From an uncultured Gammaproteobacteria bacterium (GTDB taxonomy: Bacteria; Pseudomonadota; Gammaproteobacteria; UBA6002), in the NCBI GenBank assembly GCA_963817645.1, contig CAWFQC010000045.1, forward strand, positions 16,732 to 80,731: a stretch of DNA of 64,000 nucleotides, written 5' to 3'. The notes beneath the pieces are model-generated. The model had not been told where the DNA came from. It worked only from the letters and a program-made list of their open reading frames with translations, and made no database searches. The first letter of the stretch is position 1; each line of letters starts with the position of its first letter. The translations under genes were made by a program, and so were the position numbers. Shown here piece after piece: positions 24,173 through 34,109 of this stretch.

Positions 24173-25015
24173 ATGAGGCAATTATGGATAATACTTCTCC
24201 TTTTTTTATTGATGCCAGATGCTCAAGCCTTTGTTTACTATTCAAATTCACTCAATAGGCATATGGAAAATATCAGAAGGCCATATAAGATTAGCCCAAT
24301 TTATCGAAAAAGAGCTTATTTGCCACAGCAAAAAAAAATATCATTGACAAAAATATTACCGAATGTTGATTCCGTTTATATTAAAGGGCACATTAATTTA
24401 CGTATTGTCAGTGGGCAGACGATTAATAAAATTTCTATCAGAAGACTGTATCAGGGCCTTTCAATTAAGACGTATGGTAGGGGTATATATATTAACTATA
24501 CAAAATCCATTAATTGTAACAGGAACCCAATCCCTGCCATTGTCCTTTATATGAATGAATTACATCACCTTGTAGTAGCAGGGAATAGCAGCGTTATTGG
24601 CGAACATGTTAATACCTATGGTTTGACAATTGATAATTGTGCTAATAGCTATATTTACCTAAGTGGACCAGTTAGATTGATCCGTGTAATTGATACAGGA
24701 AGTGGGGTTATTTGCGTAAACGGCGTTACCACAGATCACTTACACATATTAGCTACTCGTAATGGAACCCTTCGATTATCTGGGAATACGGGACTTTTAT
24801 TGATTCGTGCTTTTCAAAAAGTCACAGTTGATACTCGTTTTATGTGTTCAGATCTGGCAATGGTTCAGGCTGCGGATCAATCATTGGTGACCGTAAGAAC
24901 TAGGGGTAGTTTACGGGCTTTTGCAGGAGGCATGAGCAATATTTATTACTATACAACCCCCGGACAGTTATTGCAGCATAGCGTATTGTCGGGAAATGTT
25001 TTTAATATGTCGTAA
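24173..25015 (+). CDS. Secreted GIN-domain / DUF2807-like beta-helix protein
   Basis: Signal peptide MRQLWIILLLFLLMPDAQA; repetitive beta-strand pattern, C-terminal A.G.S.IYY..P. Confidence 0.65.
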   Translation: MRQLWIILLLFLLMPDAQAFVYYSNSLNRHMENIRRPYKISPIYRKRAYLPQQKKISLTKILPNVDSVYIKGHINLRIVSGQTINKISIRRLYQGLSIKTYGRGIYINYTKSINCNRNPIPAIVLYMNELHHLVVAGNSSVIGEHVNTYGLTIDNCANSYIYLSGPVRLIRVIDTGSGVICVNGVTTDHLHILATRNGTLRLSGNTGLLLIRAFQKVTVDTRFMCSDLAMVQAADQSLVTVRTRGSLRAFAGGMSNIYYYTTPGQLLQHSVLSGNVFNMS

Positions 25016-25023
25016 CTACTCTC

Positions 25024-25821
25024 TCATTTGTCAGGTCCCAAATAGGTGCTTAAACGTTTTCGCCAACCAGCTAGCCATTTTTGTTCATGACTAGTAGGTG
25101 AAGCGCGGCGAACCCGCTCGGTCAATACCCGGTTTGCTGACCAGACAAAAGCCTGCATAGAATCAAAGGTGTATGGTGCAAATCTCATTCCTTGAACAAC
25201 CTGTAATAAGCCCCAGCCAGTTGTCTTCCTTTTTGACGATGTACCTTCACCCTTAAAATTAACATAATCAATTAAGGCATAAAGCCCTTGCGGAGTACTG
25301 CTGAGAGTAGAAAATTGATAAAAGATAAACTCCTTATCTTCATAAGGAGCTGTTGTGATCAGTTTAGGTAATGCGCTAACAAGTCGATATGCCATAAATT
25401 GAGCTTGTAGCGGAATGGTATCTACCAGAAATTGTCGAAGTTCTAGCATTTTCTGACTTTTTTGTGCAGCTAAAAACTCATCACGATTATGCCAAGGACA
25501 AGCTGGGACGTTTTCACCTTGTAACCAATTAGGGACAGTCATTCCGGAACGTTCCATATATTTTATTAATTGAGGAAAGCCGTCTTTTGTTGAGTCAGGA
25601 TGATTATTGGGATACCAGTTGAAATGTCCAATGCCAAGTGAGGCAAATTTTTCCCCATCATTCCAGGAAGTAAGGCCTGATATTTTGCCATTACATTCGT
25701 TATACCATATCTTTATGCCAATCCGCAGAGCACAGTCACGATTAATACTAATTAGGGGGTAGGTGTAGGCAGGTATGAAATAAGTTAGCAGGATTAATAA
25801 TAGAATGAGAGTCCTTTTCAT
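25024..25821 (-). CDS. Secreted conserved hypothetical protein, possibly lysozyme-like
   Basis: Signal peptide; IWYNEC, WNDGEKFASLGIGHF.WYP, ALIDYVNFKGEG, WGLLQV, W..GW..R..TY. Confidence 0.6.
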   Translation of the reverse strand: MKRTLILLLILLTYFIPAYTYPLISINRDCALRIGIKIWYNECNGKISGLTSWNDGEKFASLGIGHFNWYPNNHPDSTKDGFPQLIKYMERSGMTVPNWLQGENVPACPWHNRDEFLAAQKSQKMLELRQFLVDTIPLQAQFMAYRLVSALPKLITTAPYEDKEFIFYQFSTLSSTPQGLYALIDYVNFKGEGTSSKRKTTGWGLLQVVQGMRFAPYTFDSMQAFVWSANRVLTERVRRASPTSHEQKWLAGWRKRLSTYLGPDK

Positions 25822-26020
25822 TGTAATTATTCCTTGTTCCTTCTGGTAGCATAAAGGGGTAGAATCCTTCTATTATGACCAATTCTCTATATCTATAGAC
25901 GAAGGGTTAAAGCTGAAATGATATCATTTAAAACATTACCGATTCATCCCTTTTGGAAATTTTCCATTAGGGTGCAACTTCCTTTGGATTTATAAGCAAA
26001 AAAATTAGGGATGATAAGTT

Positions 26021-26722
26021 ATGCTGGCATCTAAACGAGTAATTCTGTTAATGCTAATTTCGTTTACAATTCTTTTTATTAGCTATCAGCTATACCTTAT
26101 CTTTTATCCACTGCCTAAAGTAGATGCTGATACTAGGTATGTACAGTTAGTTGATCAATATCAGGTGTTGAAAATGGAGAGACTTGTGTTAGAAGAGCAA
26201 TTCGCGCTTGCTAGAACAAAACAGAAAGTTATGAAACTTGCATCAATCATAGAGCAGAAACAAAATATACCTGCAAGAGAAAAACTATTACCATCGCCAA
26301 ATATCGCATCAGCTCATCCTTTATTTATACAGCAGCCTATTTCCTTGTCTTTAGATCAAGCTAAAACTTTCCAACAATTAGAGGCGTATGTTAGCAATGC
26401 AAAGCCAAGCCATTCCGACCCCTTGACCAATGATGAAAAAATTTTATTAGAAGCATCAGGTAGTTCTTTTACTTTGCAGCTTATGGGCGTACGAGATGCC
26501 AATGAGCTAATGCGATTTGTTGCGGAAAACCATCTCCATGACGCTTATATTTTTCACACATACTATCTTGGTAAAGACTGGTATGTGTTAGTTTATGGTC
26601 GTTATAAAAACCATACTGAAGCATTAAAAGCAATTGAGAAACTTCCTCAACCTATTTTAGAATTAAAGCCTTGGATTCGACAGTTGACAAGTGTTCAAAA
26701 GGCCATTCAGCTTTACCGATAA
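26021..26722 (+). CDS. Membrane-anchored SPOR-domain protein (DamX-like C-terminus)
   Basis: N-terminal TM; FTLQL, WYVLVYGRY...EA..AI..LP, PWIR...VQ. Confidence 0.8.
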   Translation: MLASKRVILLMLISFTILFISYQLYLIFYPLPKVDADTRYVQLVDQYQVLKMERLVLEEQFALARTKQKVMKLASIIEQKQNIPAREKLLPSPNIASAHPLFIQQPISLSLDQAKTFQQLEAYVSNAKPSHSDPLTNDEKILLEASGSSFTLQLMGVRDANELMRFVAENHLHDAYIFHTYYLGKDWYVLVYGRYKNHTEALKAIEKLPQPILELKPWIRQLTSVQKAIQLYR

Positions 26723-26730
26723 GGATGCTT

Positions 26731-27417
26731 ATGCGCATTAGGCATAATTTGTTATTAGTTATTATGATTTTCTTGTTGCTGTTACAAGGCTGCAACTTAT
26801 TGTGTAAAGTCGATTGTCCTCGTGTGGACTATTATGAAAATAAATGCCCTAGAGCTCCTCGTGGGATTTTCCCTGCACCTTGTCCTCGGGTAAATTTCCC
26901 TGGTTTCTATAGACCAGATTTCAATTGCATTGAGCGCTTACGAAAGCTTACGACTTTACGCCAACGCGGAATTGGTATAATTGTGTTGGGCGATCGCTTA
27001 CGCTTTATTTTACCCACCGACACTATTTTCCGCAGTGATTCAATAGATAGTTGCACACCTGATATTAGTGATTGTCATGTATCAACTCTTGCTGGTATTG
27101 GTGAAATTATAAAATGTATACCTTGTGTTCCGGTTGTGGTAACAGGTCACACTGATGAGGTTGGCACTAAGCAAGATAGATTTAGGCGATCTCGTATTAT
27201 GGCTCAGGTAGTTGCTAGCCATTTATGGGCACAAGGTGTCAATTGGGATCGCTTGAGAGTCTTTGGGCGGGCCGATTGTGATCCCATTGCCAGTAATATG
27301 TCAGTTTTTGGTAGTACTGATAATCGTCGAGTTGAAATTAGACTCGATTTTAGTCGAAATTATATTTATAACTACCGATATAATAATGTCTACTGTCCAG
27401 ATTGTGTTGGTCCCTAA
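26731..27417 (+). CDS. Cysteine-rich OmpA-family lipoprotein (IcmN/DotK/CmpA-like)
   Basis: Lipobox LQGC; GDRLRFILPTDTIF, VTGHTD, NRRVEI OmpA_C motifs; 13 Cys in the mature part. Confidence 0.75.
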   Translation: MRIRHNLLLVIMIFLLLLQGCNLLCKVDCPRVDYYENKCPRAPRGIFPAPCPRVNFPGFYRPDFNCIERLRKLTTLRQRGIGIIVLGDRLRFILPTDTIFRSDSIDSCTPDISDCHVSTLAGIGEIIKCIPCVPVVVTGHTDEVGTKQDRFRRSRIMAQVVASHLWAQGVNWDRLRVFGRADCDPIASNMSVFGSTDNRRVEIRLDFSRNYIYNYRYNNVYCPDCVGP

Positions 27418-28745
27418 ATGTTTTTATTCATGCTTACTAAGCGCATTGCCATTTCCAATGATTGCTCGTAGTTTAATCTTGGATCAACAAGTGTTCGGTA
27501 AGCTTCCTTCAAATTTTCTTCAGTTAGTCCGCGTGCACCGCCCAAGCATTCAGTTACTTCATCACCTGTGAGTTCAAAATGAACACCTCCAAGGTAGCTG
27601 TTATGGTCCTGGTGTATTTGTATTGCTTGCTCTAATTCGGACAAAATGACATCAAAGCATCTTGTTTTATAACCATGGCTTGTTACTGTTGTATTGCCAT
27701 GCATTGGGTCGCAAGACCATAGCACTTTTAAGCCGGTTGCTTTTACTGCGCAGATGAGAGAGGGTAACTTTTCGGCAATATTATGAGAGCCAAACCGATG
27801 AATAAGCGTTAATCTTCCTGGCTCATTTTCTGGGTTAAGTATTTCAATTAAGGAGGTAAGCCAGTGAGGTGTCATATTGGGTCCAATCTTAATTGCAATC
27901 GGATTTGAAATGCCTCTCATGTATTCCACATGAGCGCTATCCAACGTAGCTGTCCTCATTCCGATCCATGGGTAGTGCGTTCCTAGATTATACCATTTAC
28001 CATTTTGTTCTTGGCGAGTTAAGCTTTGCTCATAATAAAGATGCAATGCTTCATGGCTGATATAGAAATCAACTCGTTTCATGGTCTCTGTCACAACGCC
28101 AATCGTCTTCATGAATCTCAAAGCATCATTAATTCTTTCAACGATCTGGTGATAGTGATGTTCCATCGTTGAGTCCTTTGCAAAACTCAAATTCCAATAT
28201 TCGGGATGGAACAAATTGGCAAAACCCCCAGACACTAATGATCGAATAAAATTTAAACTTAACGCAGCGTATTGATATCCTCTTAGCATTCGCTTTGGAT
28301 CGGGGCGTCTTGCCTCCTCATTAAATTCAACCCCATTAATTAAATCTCCACGATAACTAGGTAATTCTTGGCCATTAATCACTTCTTCCTCGGAAGAACG
28401 CGGTTTGGCATACTGTCCGGCGATTCGTCCAACTCTAATAATCGGCTTATTAAGCCCATGCAATAAAACAAGGCTGATTTGTAATAAAATGCGTAATTTA
28501 TTAAGGATCACCTCAGTATTACAATCAGCAAAACTTTCCGCACAATCTCCCCCTTGTAACAAAAAAGCCTCACCATTTGCTGCTCTAGCAAGTTGGCTTT
28601 TAAGGTTTTCGGTTTCAAGAGAAGTCACTAGGGGAGGTAAGCTTTTTAGTTGTTCAATAACGATATCTCGTTCTTTTATACAGGGGTAAGTGACTTGCTG
28701 CTGTGCTAATTTTTTTTGCCAGGATGATAAATACCAAGAATACAT
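27414..28745 (-). CDS. Class II DAHP synthase (3-deoxy-7-phosphoheptulonate synthase)
   Basis: QGGDCAESF, GRIAGQYAKPRS, DPMHGNT, DPRLN. Confidence 0.95.
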   Translation of the reverse strand: MYSWYLSSWQKKLAQQQVTYPCIKERDIVIEQLKSLPPLVTSLETENLKSQLARAANGEAFLLQGGDCAESFADCNTEVILNKLRILLQISLVLLHGLNKPIIRVGRIAGQYAKPRSSEEEVINGQELPSYRGDLINGVEFNEEARRPDPKRMLRGYQYAALSLNFIRSLVSGGFANLFHPEYWNLSFAKDSTMEHHYHQIVERINDALRFMKTIGVVTETMKRVDFYISHEALHLYYEQSLTRQEQNGKWYNLGTHYPWIGMRTATLDSAHVEYMRGISNPIAIKIGPNMTPHWLTSLIEILNPENEPGRLTLIHRFGSHNIAEKLPSLICAVKATGLKVLWSCDPMHGNTTVTSHGYKTRCFDVILSELEQAIQIHQDHNSYLGGVHFELTGDEVTECLGGARGLTEENLKEAYRTLVDPRLNYEQSLEMAMRLVSMNKNI

Positions 28746-28788
28746 ACTACAATCTCAGGAGTGGAGTTCAAAACGCTAAATTATATCA

Positions 28789-30417
28789 TTATTTCTGATT
28801 TTTTTGGTAGTAATTTATCAACCCTTGGGTTGAGCTGTCGTGTTGTTCGGAGATTTTTTTGGATGAAAGGTCTTTAAAAATGCCACCTGCGATTTGTTTC
28901 CCAAGCTCAACACCCCATTGGTCGAAACAATTTGTATCCCAAATAACACTTTGCACAAATACCTTATGTTCGTATAAGGCAATGAGTGCGCCTAGAGTGA
29001 AGGGGGTCAATTTGGGCATCAACAGGGTATTACTTGGCCGATTGCCAATTAATACTTTATGTGGCAGTAGCCGAGTAATTTCATCTTCATTATAACCTTG
29101 CTTATTAAGATTTCTTCTTACTTCATCTTCATTTTCACCTAGCATCAAGGCTTTGCTTTGACTTAAGCAATTAGCAACAAGCCAAGTACGATGTTGCTCT
29201 AATGGATGGTGACTACTCATAGGTAAGATGAAATCAATAGGTATGAGCTGGGTGCCTTGATGCAATAGTTGATGAAATGCATGTTGACCATTGGTACCGA
29301 TCATTCCCCAAATCACTGGACTAGTCGCGTACGTTACTTTTTGGCCATTATGTCGTCGATACTTACCATTGCTTTCCATTTCAAGTTGCTGAAAATGGGC
29401 GGGTAATAATTTTAAATATTGATCGTAGGGTAAGATTGCATAACTTTTTACATTAAAGAAGTTAATATACCAAATATTTAGCAATCCCAAGATAACAGGT
29501 ATATTTTTTGAAAAGTCAGTAGTGCGAAAGTGGTTATCAATAGCATTGGCCCCTTCTAGCATTAATTTGAAATTATCAATTCCGATCGCAATTGCAATGA
29601 CAAGACCAACAGCAGACCAGAGTGAAAATCGACCTCCTACCCAATCCCAGATGGGTACAATATGTTTTATGCCCCATTCTTTGGCTTTATCTACTTTGGC
29701 TGTTACCGCAATAAAATGCTGGCTCAGATCTTCATTCTGGGCAGCTTTAGAGAGCCAATTTTTGGCTGTGAGTGCATTGTAAAGTGTTTCTTGGGTCATA
29801 AAGGATTTCGAAGCTACAATAAATAAGGTTGTTTCTGGATTCAAATTTTTGATGGTTTCCCACATGTCAGTTTCGTCTACATTGGAAACAAAATGGCACT
29901 TCACTTTACTAGAATGGTAGGGAGATAACGCATAAGTTGCCATGGCAGGACCCAAATCCGATCCGCCAATGCCAAGATTAATTACATCAGTGATTGCTTT
30001 ATGACTGTAGCCTAGCCACTGTCCCTCTTGAATCTTTCTAACAATATTAGCCATTTGGCTAAAAGCAGTATTGACCTCTTCAGTAATATTCTTACCTTCC
30101 ACCCATAGAGGCTCGGTAGCAAAACTGCGAAGAGCAGTATGTAATGCAGGTCGGTTTTCAGAGGTGTTAACTTTTGCCCCTGAAAATAAACGGTCAATGT
30201 TATCCGATAAAGAAGATTCTTCTGCCAATTTAAAAAGTAAAGGAAGGGTCTGGTCAGTGATAAAGTTTTTTGAAAAATCAAACAATAAATTGTTTGACTC
30301 CAATGAAAAATGGCTGAAGCGAAGCTTATCAAGATCGAATAAATCACGCATATGCAATTTGGTGAATAACGCAGAGTGCTCTTCTAGCTGTGAAATAATG
30401 GCTGCATGTTTTAACAT
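28789..30417 (-). CDS. pgi: Glucose-6-phosphate isomerase
   Basis: GIGGSDLGP, DWVGGRFSLWS, QLEMESNGK, FDQWGVELGK. Confidence 0.98.
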   Translation of the reverse strand: MLKHAAIISQLEEHSALFTKLHMRDLFDLDKLRFSHFSLESNNLLFDFSKNFITDQTLPLLFKLAEESSLSDNIDRLFSGAKVNTSENRPALHTALRSFATEPLWVEGKNITEEVNTAFSQMANIVRKIQEGQWLGYSHKAITDVINLGIGGSDLGPAMATYALSPYHSSKVKCHFVSNVDETDMWETIKNLNPETTLFIVASKSFMTQETLYNALTAKNWLSKAAQNEDLSQHFIAVTAKVDKAKEWGIKHIVPIWDWVGGRFSLWSAVGLVIAIAIGIDNFKLMLEGANAIDNHFRTTDFSKNIPVILGLLNIWYINFFNVKSYAILPYDQYLKLLPAHFQQLEMESNGKYRRHNGQKVTYATSPVIWGMIGTNGQHAFHQLLHQGTQLIPIDFILPMSSHHPLEQHRTWLVANCLSQSKALMLGENEDEVRRNLNKQGYNEDEITRLLPHKVLIGNRPSNTLLMPKLTPFTLGALIALYEHKVFVQSVIWDTNCFDQWGVELGKQIAGGIFKDLSSKKISEQHDSSTQGLINYYQKNQK

Positions 30418-30425
30418 AACTATAA

Positions 30426-31712
30426 CTATACCAATTCAGAAAAATAGCTATGAGTGCCTTGAACACATATGGCCTTACCTAATTTATTTAAGCCGACCGC
30501 ATATGCCGCTGTGCGCATATCAATGTCATTTTCAGTCATGAGTTGGTAAACTTCATCAAAGGCATTTACCATAACGCTTTCTAATTTGTGATGAATTTCT
30601 GCCTCAGACCAATAATAACCAGCCCGATTTTGTACCCACTCAAAATAACTTACTGTGACTCCGCCAGCATTTGCTAATATATCGGGAATAACTAATATTC
30701 CCTTTTCATTTAAAATGGGATCGGCATCAAATGTAACAGGGCCATTAGCTACCTCGACAATAATTTTTGCTTTAGTGTTTGCAGCAATTTGTACATTGAT
30801 TTGATTTTCTAATGCTGAAGGAATCAAAATATCAACATTTAATTGTAATAATTCTTCGTTAGAAAGTGATGTGGCAGGAATTGCTTCCATAACTGAGGCT
30901 TGACAATAGACAGCCTTTATTTCTTTGGTCTCAAGCTTTGCGCGAATCAAGCTAGGGATGTCCAAGCCATTTTGGCTATAGATACCACCTTTGGAATCAC
31001 TGACAGCAACAATGCGATAACCATCATGGTGCAACAGGTTGGCAATATGCTGCCCCGCATTGCCAAAGCCTTGCACTGCTACTGTAATATCTTGTGGATT
31101 CCAGTCTCTATTTTTTTCAAGTTCTTTTATGCAATAGTAAGCACCACGTCCCGTTGCATCCTCTCGACCTAGGCTCCCGCCCAATTCAATTGGTTTACCC
31201 GTAATAACAGCTGGTGAATGTCGATGGGTTAATTTAGAGTATTCATCCATCATCCAACCCATGATCATAGAATTTGTGTAAACATCAGGAGCAGGGATAT
31301 CCTTATCTGGGCCTATAAAGTAGAATATTTGTTCGATATAGGTTCGACTCAATCTTTCAAGTTCTAGACGAGATAATTTTTTTGGGTCTACAATGACACC
31401 TCCTTTTGCCCCTCCATAAGGAATTCCAACTACAGCGCATTTAAAAGTCATCCAAAAAGCGAGGGCCTTTACCTCATTTAAGGTCACATCAGGATGAAAA
31501 CGAATACCCCCCTTTGTAGGGCCTCGTGAATTGTCATGCTGGACTCTAAAGCCAGTAAATATTTTTAAGGAGCCATTGTCCATTCGAACGGGTATGGAGA
31601 CCTCTAGAGCTGCTTTTGGGTGTTTTAATCTCTCTAGGGCTTCAGAATCAATCTTAGAGTAAGTAAATGCCTTATCAAGACGCATCAGGGCTTGTTCAAA
31701 TATTTTTGACAT
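30426..31712 (-). CDS. gdhA: Glu/Leu/Phe/Val dehydrogenase (glutamate dehydrogenase)
   Basis: [42 protein letters not shown]. Confidence 0.9.
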   Translation of the reverse strand: MSKIFEQALMRLDKAFTYSKIDSEALERLKHPKAALEVSIPVRMDNGSLKIFTGFRVQHDNSRGPTKGGIRFHPDVTLNEVKALAFWMTFKCAVVGIPYGGAKGGVIVDPKKLSRLELERLSRTYIEQIFYFIGPDKDIPAPDVYTNSMIMGWMMDEYSKLTHRHSPAVITGKPIELGGSLGREDATGRGAYYCIKELEKNRDWNPQDITVAVQGFGNAGQHIANLLHHDGYRIVAVSDSKGGIYSQNGLDIPSLIRAKLETKEIKAVYCQASVMEAIPATSLSNEELLQLNVDILIPSALENQINVQIAANTKAKIIVEVANGPVTFDADPILNEKGILVIPDILANAGGVTVSYFEWVQNRAGYYWSEAEIHHKLESVMVNAFDEVYQLMTENDIDMRTAAYAVGLNKLGKAICVQGTHSYFSELV

Positions 31713-31767
31713 TTTGAGAACTCCTTTTTAATTTTCTTTCCACTTAAACTGAAATTGGCTGAACCTT

Positions 31768-31788
31768 ACAAACTCTTCATGAGTTTGT
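31768..31788. promoter_or_regulatory. Perfect 8-bp inverted repeat in the divergent gdh/uvrD promoter region
   Basis: ACAAACTC-ttcat-GAGTTTGT. Confidence 0.35.
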
Positions 31789-31881
31789 GGAGTCTAGCAT
31801 CTAATATCCATTGAAAAAAGAGCTATGGGCGACTATTTTGTACCTTTGGTATTTTTAGTTAAAAACCGATACAATATTTAA

Positions 31882-34038
31882 ATGATAGATACAATTCTCC
31901 TTGAACCCTTAAATGAAAAACAGCGGGAAGTGGTGAGCGCTCCTCCTCGACATCTTGCTGTTATTGCAGGTGCTGGCAGTGGCAAAACACGAGTACTTGT
32001 TCATAGAATCGCTTGGCTTATTAAGCATGAACATATATCTCCCAATTCTATTTTAGCTGTTACCTATACTAATAAAGCGGCGGCGCAGATGCGTGAGCGC
32101 ATCGAGCAGCTTACACATTTGTCGACCCGCAGTATGTGGGTTGGCACTTTTCATCGTATTGCTCACTGGTTATTAAGGTTTCATTGGCAGCAAGCAGGTT
32201 TGCCTGAGACATTTCAAATAATAGATGCTGACGATCAATTACGTCTCATCCGTAAGGTGCATGCCTCTTTAAATTTAGATAATAACAAATGGCCACTTAC
32301 TCAATCACAATGGTATATCAATCATAAAAAGGATGAGGGCTTACGGCCTCATAAAATCTTTGCTAATAATTATTCTGAAAACACTTTAATAGAAATTTAT
32401 AATGTCTATGAGCAACAATGTGCACAAAGCGGCTTAGTTGATTTTGCCGAATTGCTGCTAAGAAGCTATGAGCTTTTATCTCAACATGATGATTTGATCT
32501 TGCACTATCAACAACGCTTTGTGCATATTTTGGTTGATGAGTTTCAAGACACTAACACTATTCAGTATGACTTATTAAAACTACTCGCTGGTAAGACATC
32601 AATTATGATGATAGTAGGTGATGATGATCAATCTATCTACAGTTGGCGTGGTGCTCAAATCAAAAACATCTTTAGCTTTAATCAGGATTTTCCAGGGAAG
32701 ATCATTCGACTAGAACAAAACTATCGTTCTACTAAAAATATTTTGGCAGCGGCTAGAGCCGTAATTGCTCACAATGACAACCGTTTTGATAAAGATTTAT
32801 GGACAGAAATTCATGAAGGTGACCCAATTTCATTGTATACGGCTTTCAATGAGATTGATGAGGCTAAATACATAATTAATGAAATAAAAAATTGGGCGAA
32901 GCAAGGAATGCGTTGTCGAGATATAGCCATTCTTTATCGATCAAACGCTCAGTCACGAATTTTTGAAGAAGAATTGCTAGGTGCTAATATTCCTTATCAT
33001 ATTTATGGAGGCCAGAAATTTTTTGAACGAGCTGAAGTCAAAGATGCCATGGCTTATTTTCGTTTAATGGTCAATCCTCATGATGATAGCGCATTTGAAA
33101 GAGCTGTTAATACACCTGCGCGCGGAATAGGCAACACGACTTTAGCGGCCTTAAGAGAATATGCTCTAACCTCTGCGATCTCTTTATGGCAAGCAAGCGA
33201 AGACATGCTAAAAAATTCAATTTTAACCGCTCGAGCAAAGACTGCAATTAACAGCTTTTTGCAGCTTATTCTAAATTTAAGTGAAGAAATTCTAAGTTTG
33301 CCTCTTTCTCTTCAAGCAAAAACGATCATAGAGAAGAGTGGGTTATATGCTCATTACAGTAAAGACCGTTCTGATAAAATTCAATCACGTTTAGAAAACC
33401 TTCAAGAGCTTATTCAGGCGACTGTAAGATTTAAAAACGATGAAAATATGCACCTTTCGCCTTTGCACTCTTTTGTTTGCTATGTTGCTTTGGAAAGTGG
33501 CGATACGCAGGCAGAAATTTCTGTAGATAGTGTTCATCTGATGACGTTACATTCAGCAAAAGGGCTTGAATTTATGGTAGTTTTTTTAGCTGGGATGGAA
33601 GAGGGTCTCTTCCCGCATAAAATGTCCATGAAGGAACCAGGTCGTTTAGAGGAAGAAAGAAGATTGTGCTATGTTGGCATGACGCGAGCAAGAAAAAAAC
33701 TATACCTATGTTATGCAGAATCAAGGAGAATCAACGGCACTCAGTCTTATAATAGAGCGTCGCGCTTCATAAGTGAGATTCCTAAGTCTTTGCTGCAGGA
33801 AATAAGACTACAAACTAAGATTTTGCGATCAACCCCAGCGGCTCCCCCCTTAGCCATTTCCCATGACTTCGGTTTGGGGTTTAAACTCGGCGATCGTGTT
33901 TCACACCATACCTATGGAGAAGGGATTATCTTAAATTATGAAGGAAAAGGTCCCAACACCCGTATTCAAGTGAAATTTTATACTGAAGGGATTAAGTGGT
34001 TGATAGCTGAGGTCGCTAAGCTGGAGAAAGTTTTGTAA
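31882..34038 (+). CDS. uvrD: DNA helicase II
   Basis: AGAGSGKTRVL, VDEFQDTN, VGDDDQSIY, TLHSAKGLEF, EEERRLCYVG, C-terminal Tudor-like domain. Confidence 0.95.
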   Translation: MIDTILLEPLNEKQREVVSAPPRHLAVIAGAGSGKTRVLVHRIAWLIKHEHISPNSILAVTYTNKAAAQMRERIEQLTHLSTRSMWVGTFHRIAHWLLRFHWQQAGLPETFQIIDADDQLRLIRKVHASLNLDNNKWPLTQSQWYINHKKDEGLRPHKIFANNYSENTLIEIYNVYEQQCAQSGLVDFAELLLRSYELLSQHDDLILHYQQRFVHILVDEFQDTNTIQYDLLKLLAGKTSIMMIVGDDDQSIYSWRGAQIKNIFSFNQDFPGKIIRLEQNYRSTKNILAAARAVIAHNDNRFDKDLWTEIHEGDPISLYTAFNEIDEAKYIINEIKNWAKQGMRCRDIAILYRSNAQSRIFEEELLGANIPYHIYGGQKFFERAEVKDAMAYFRLMVNPHDDSAFERAVNTPARGIGNTTLAALREYALTSAISLWQASEDMLKNSILTARAKTAINSFLQLILNLSEEILSLPLSLQAKTIIEKSGLYAHYSKDRSDKIQSRLENLQELIQATVRFKNDENMHLSPLHSFVCYVALESGDTQAEISVDSVHLMTLHSAKGLEFMVVFLAGMEEGLFPHKMSMKEPGRLEEERRLCYVGMTRARKKLYLCYAESRRINGTQSYNRASRFISEIPKSLLQEIRLQTKILRSTPAAPPLAISHDFGLGFKLGDRVSHHTYGEGIILNYEGKGPNTRIQVKFYTEGIKWLIAEVAKLEKVL

Positions 34039-34109
34039 TTAGAATAATTTTTTGTAAAAAGAAACGTACATTTTTTTTTCGTTTGGTAGCTACAAGGCAA
34101 ACTAAAATT

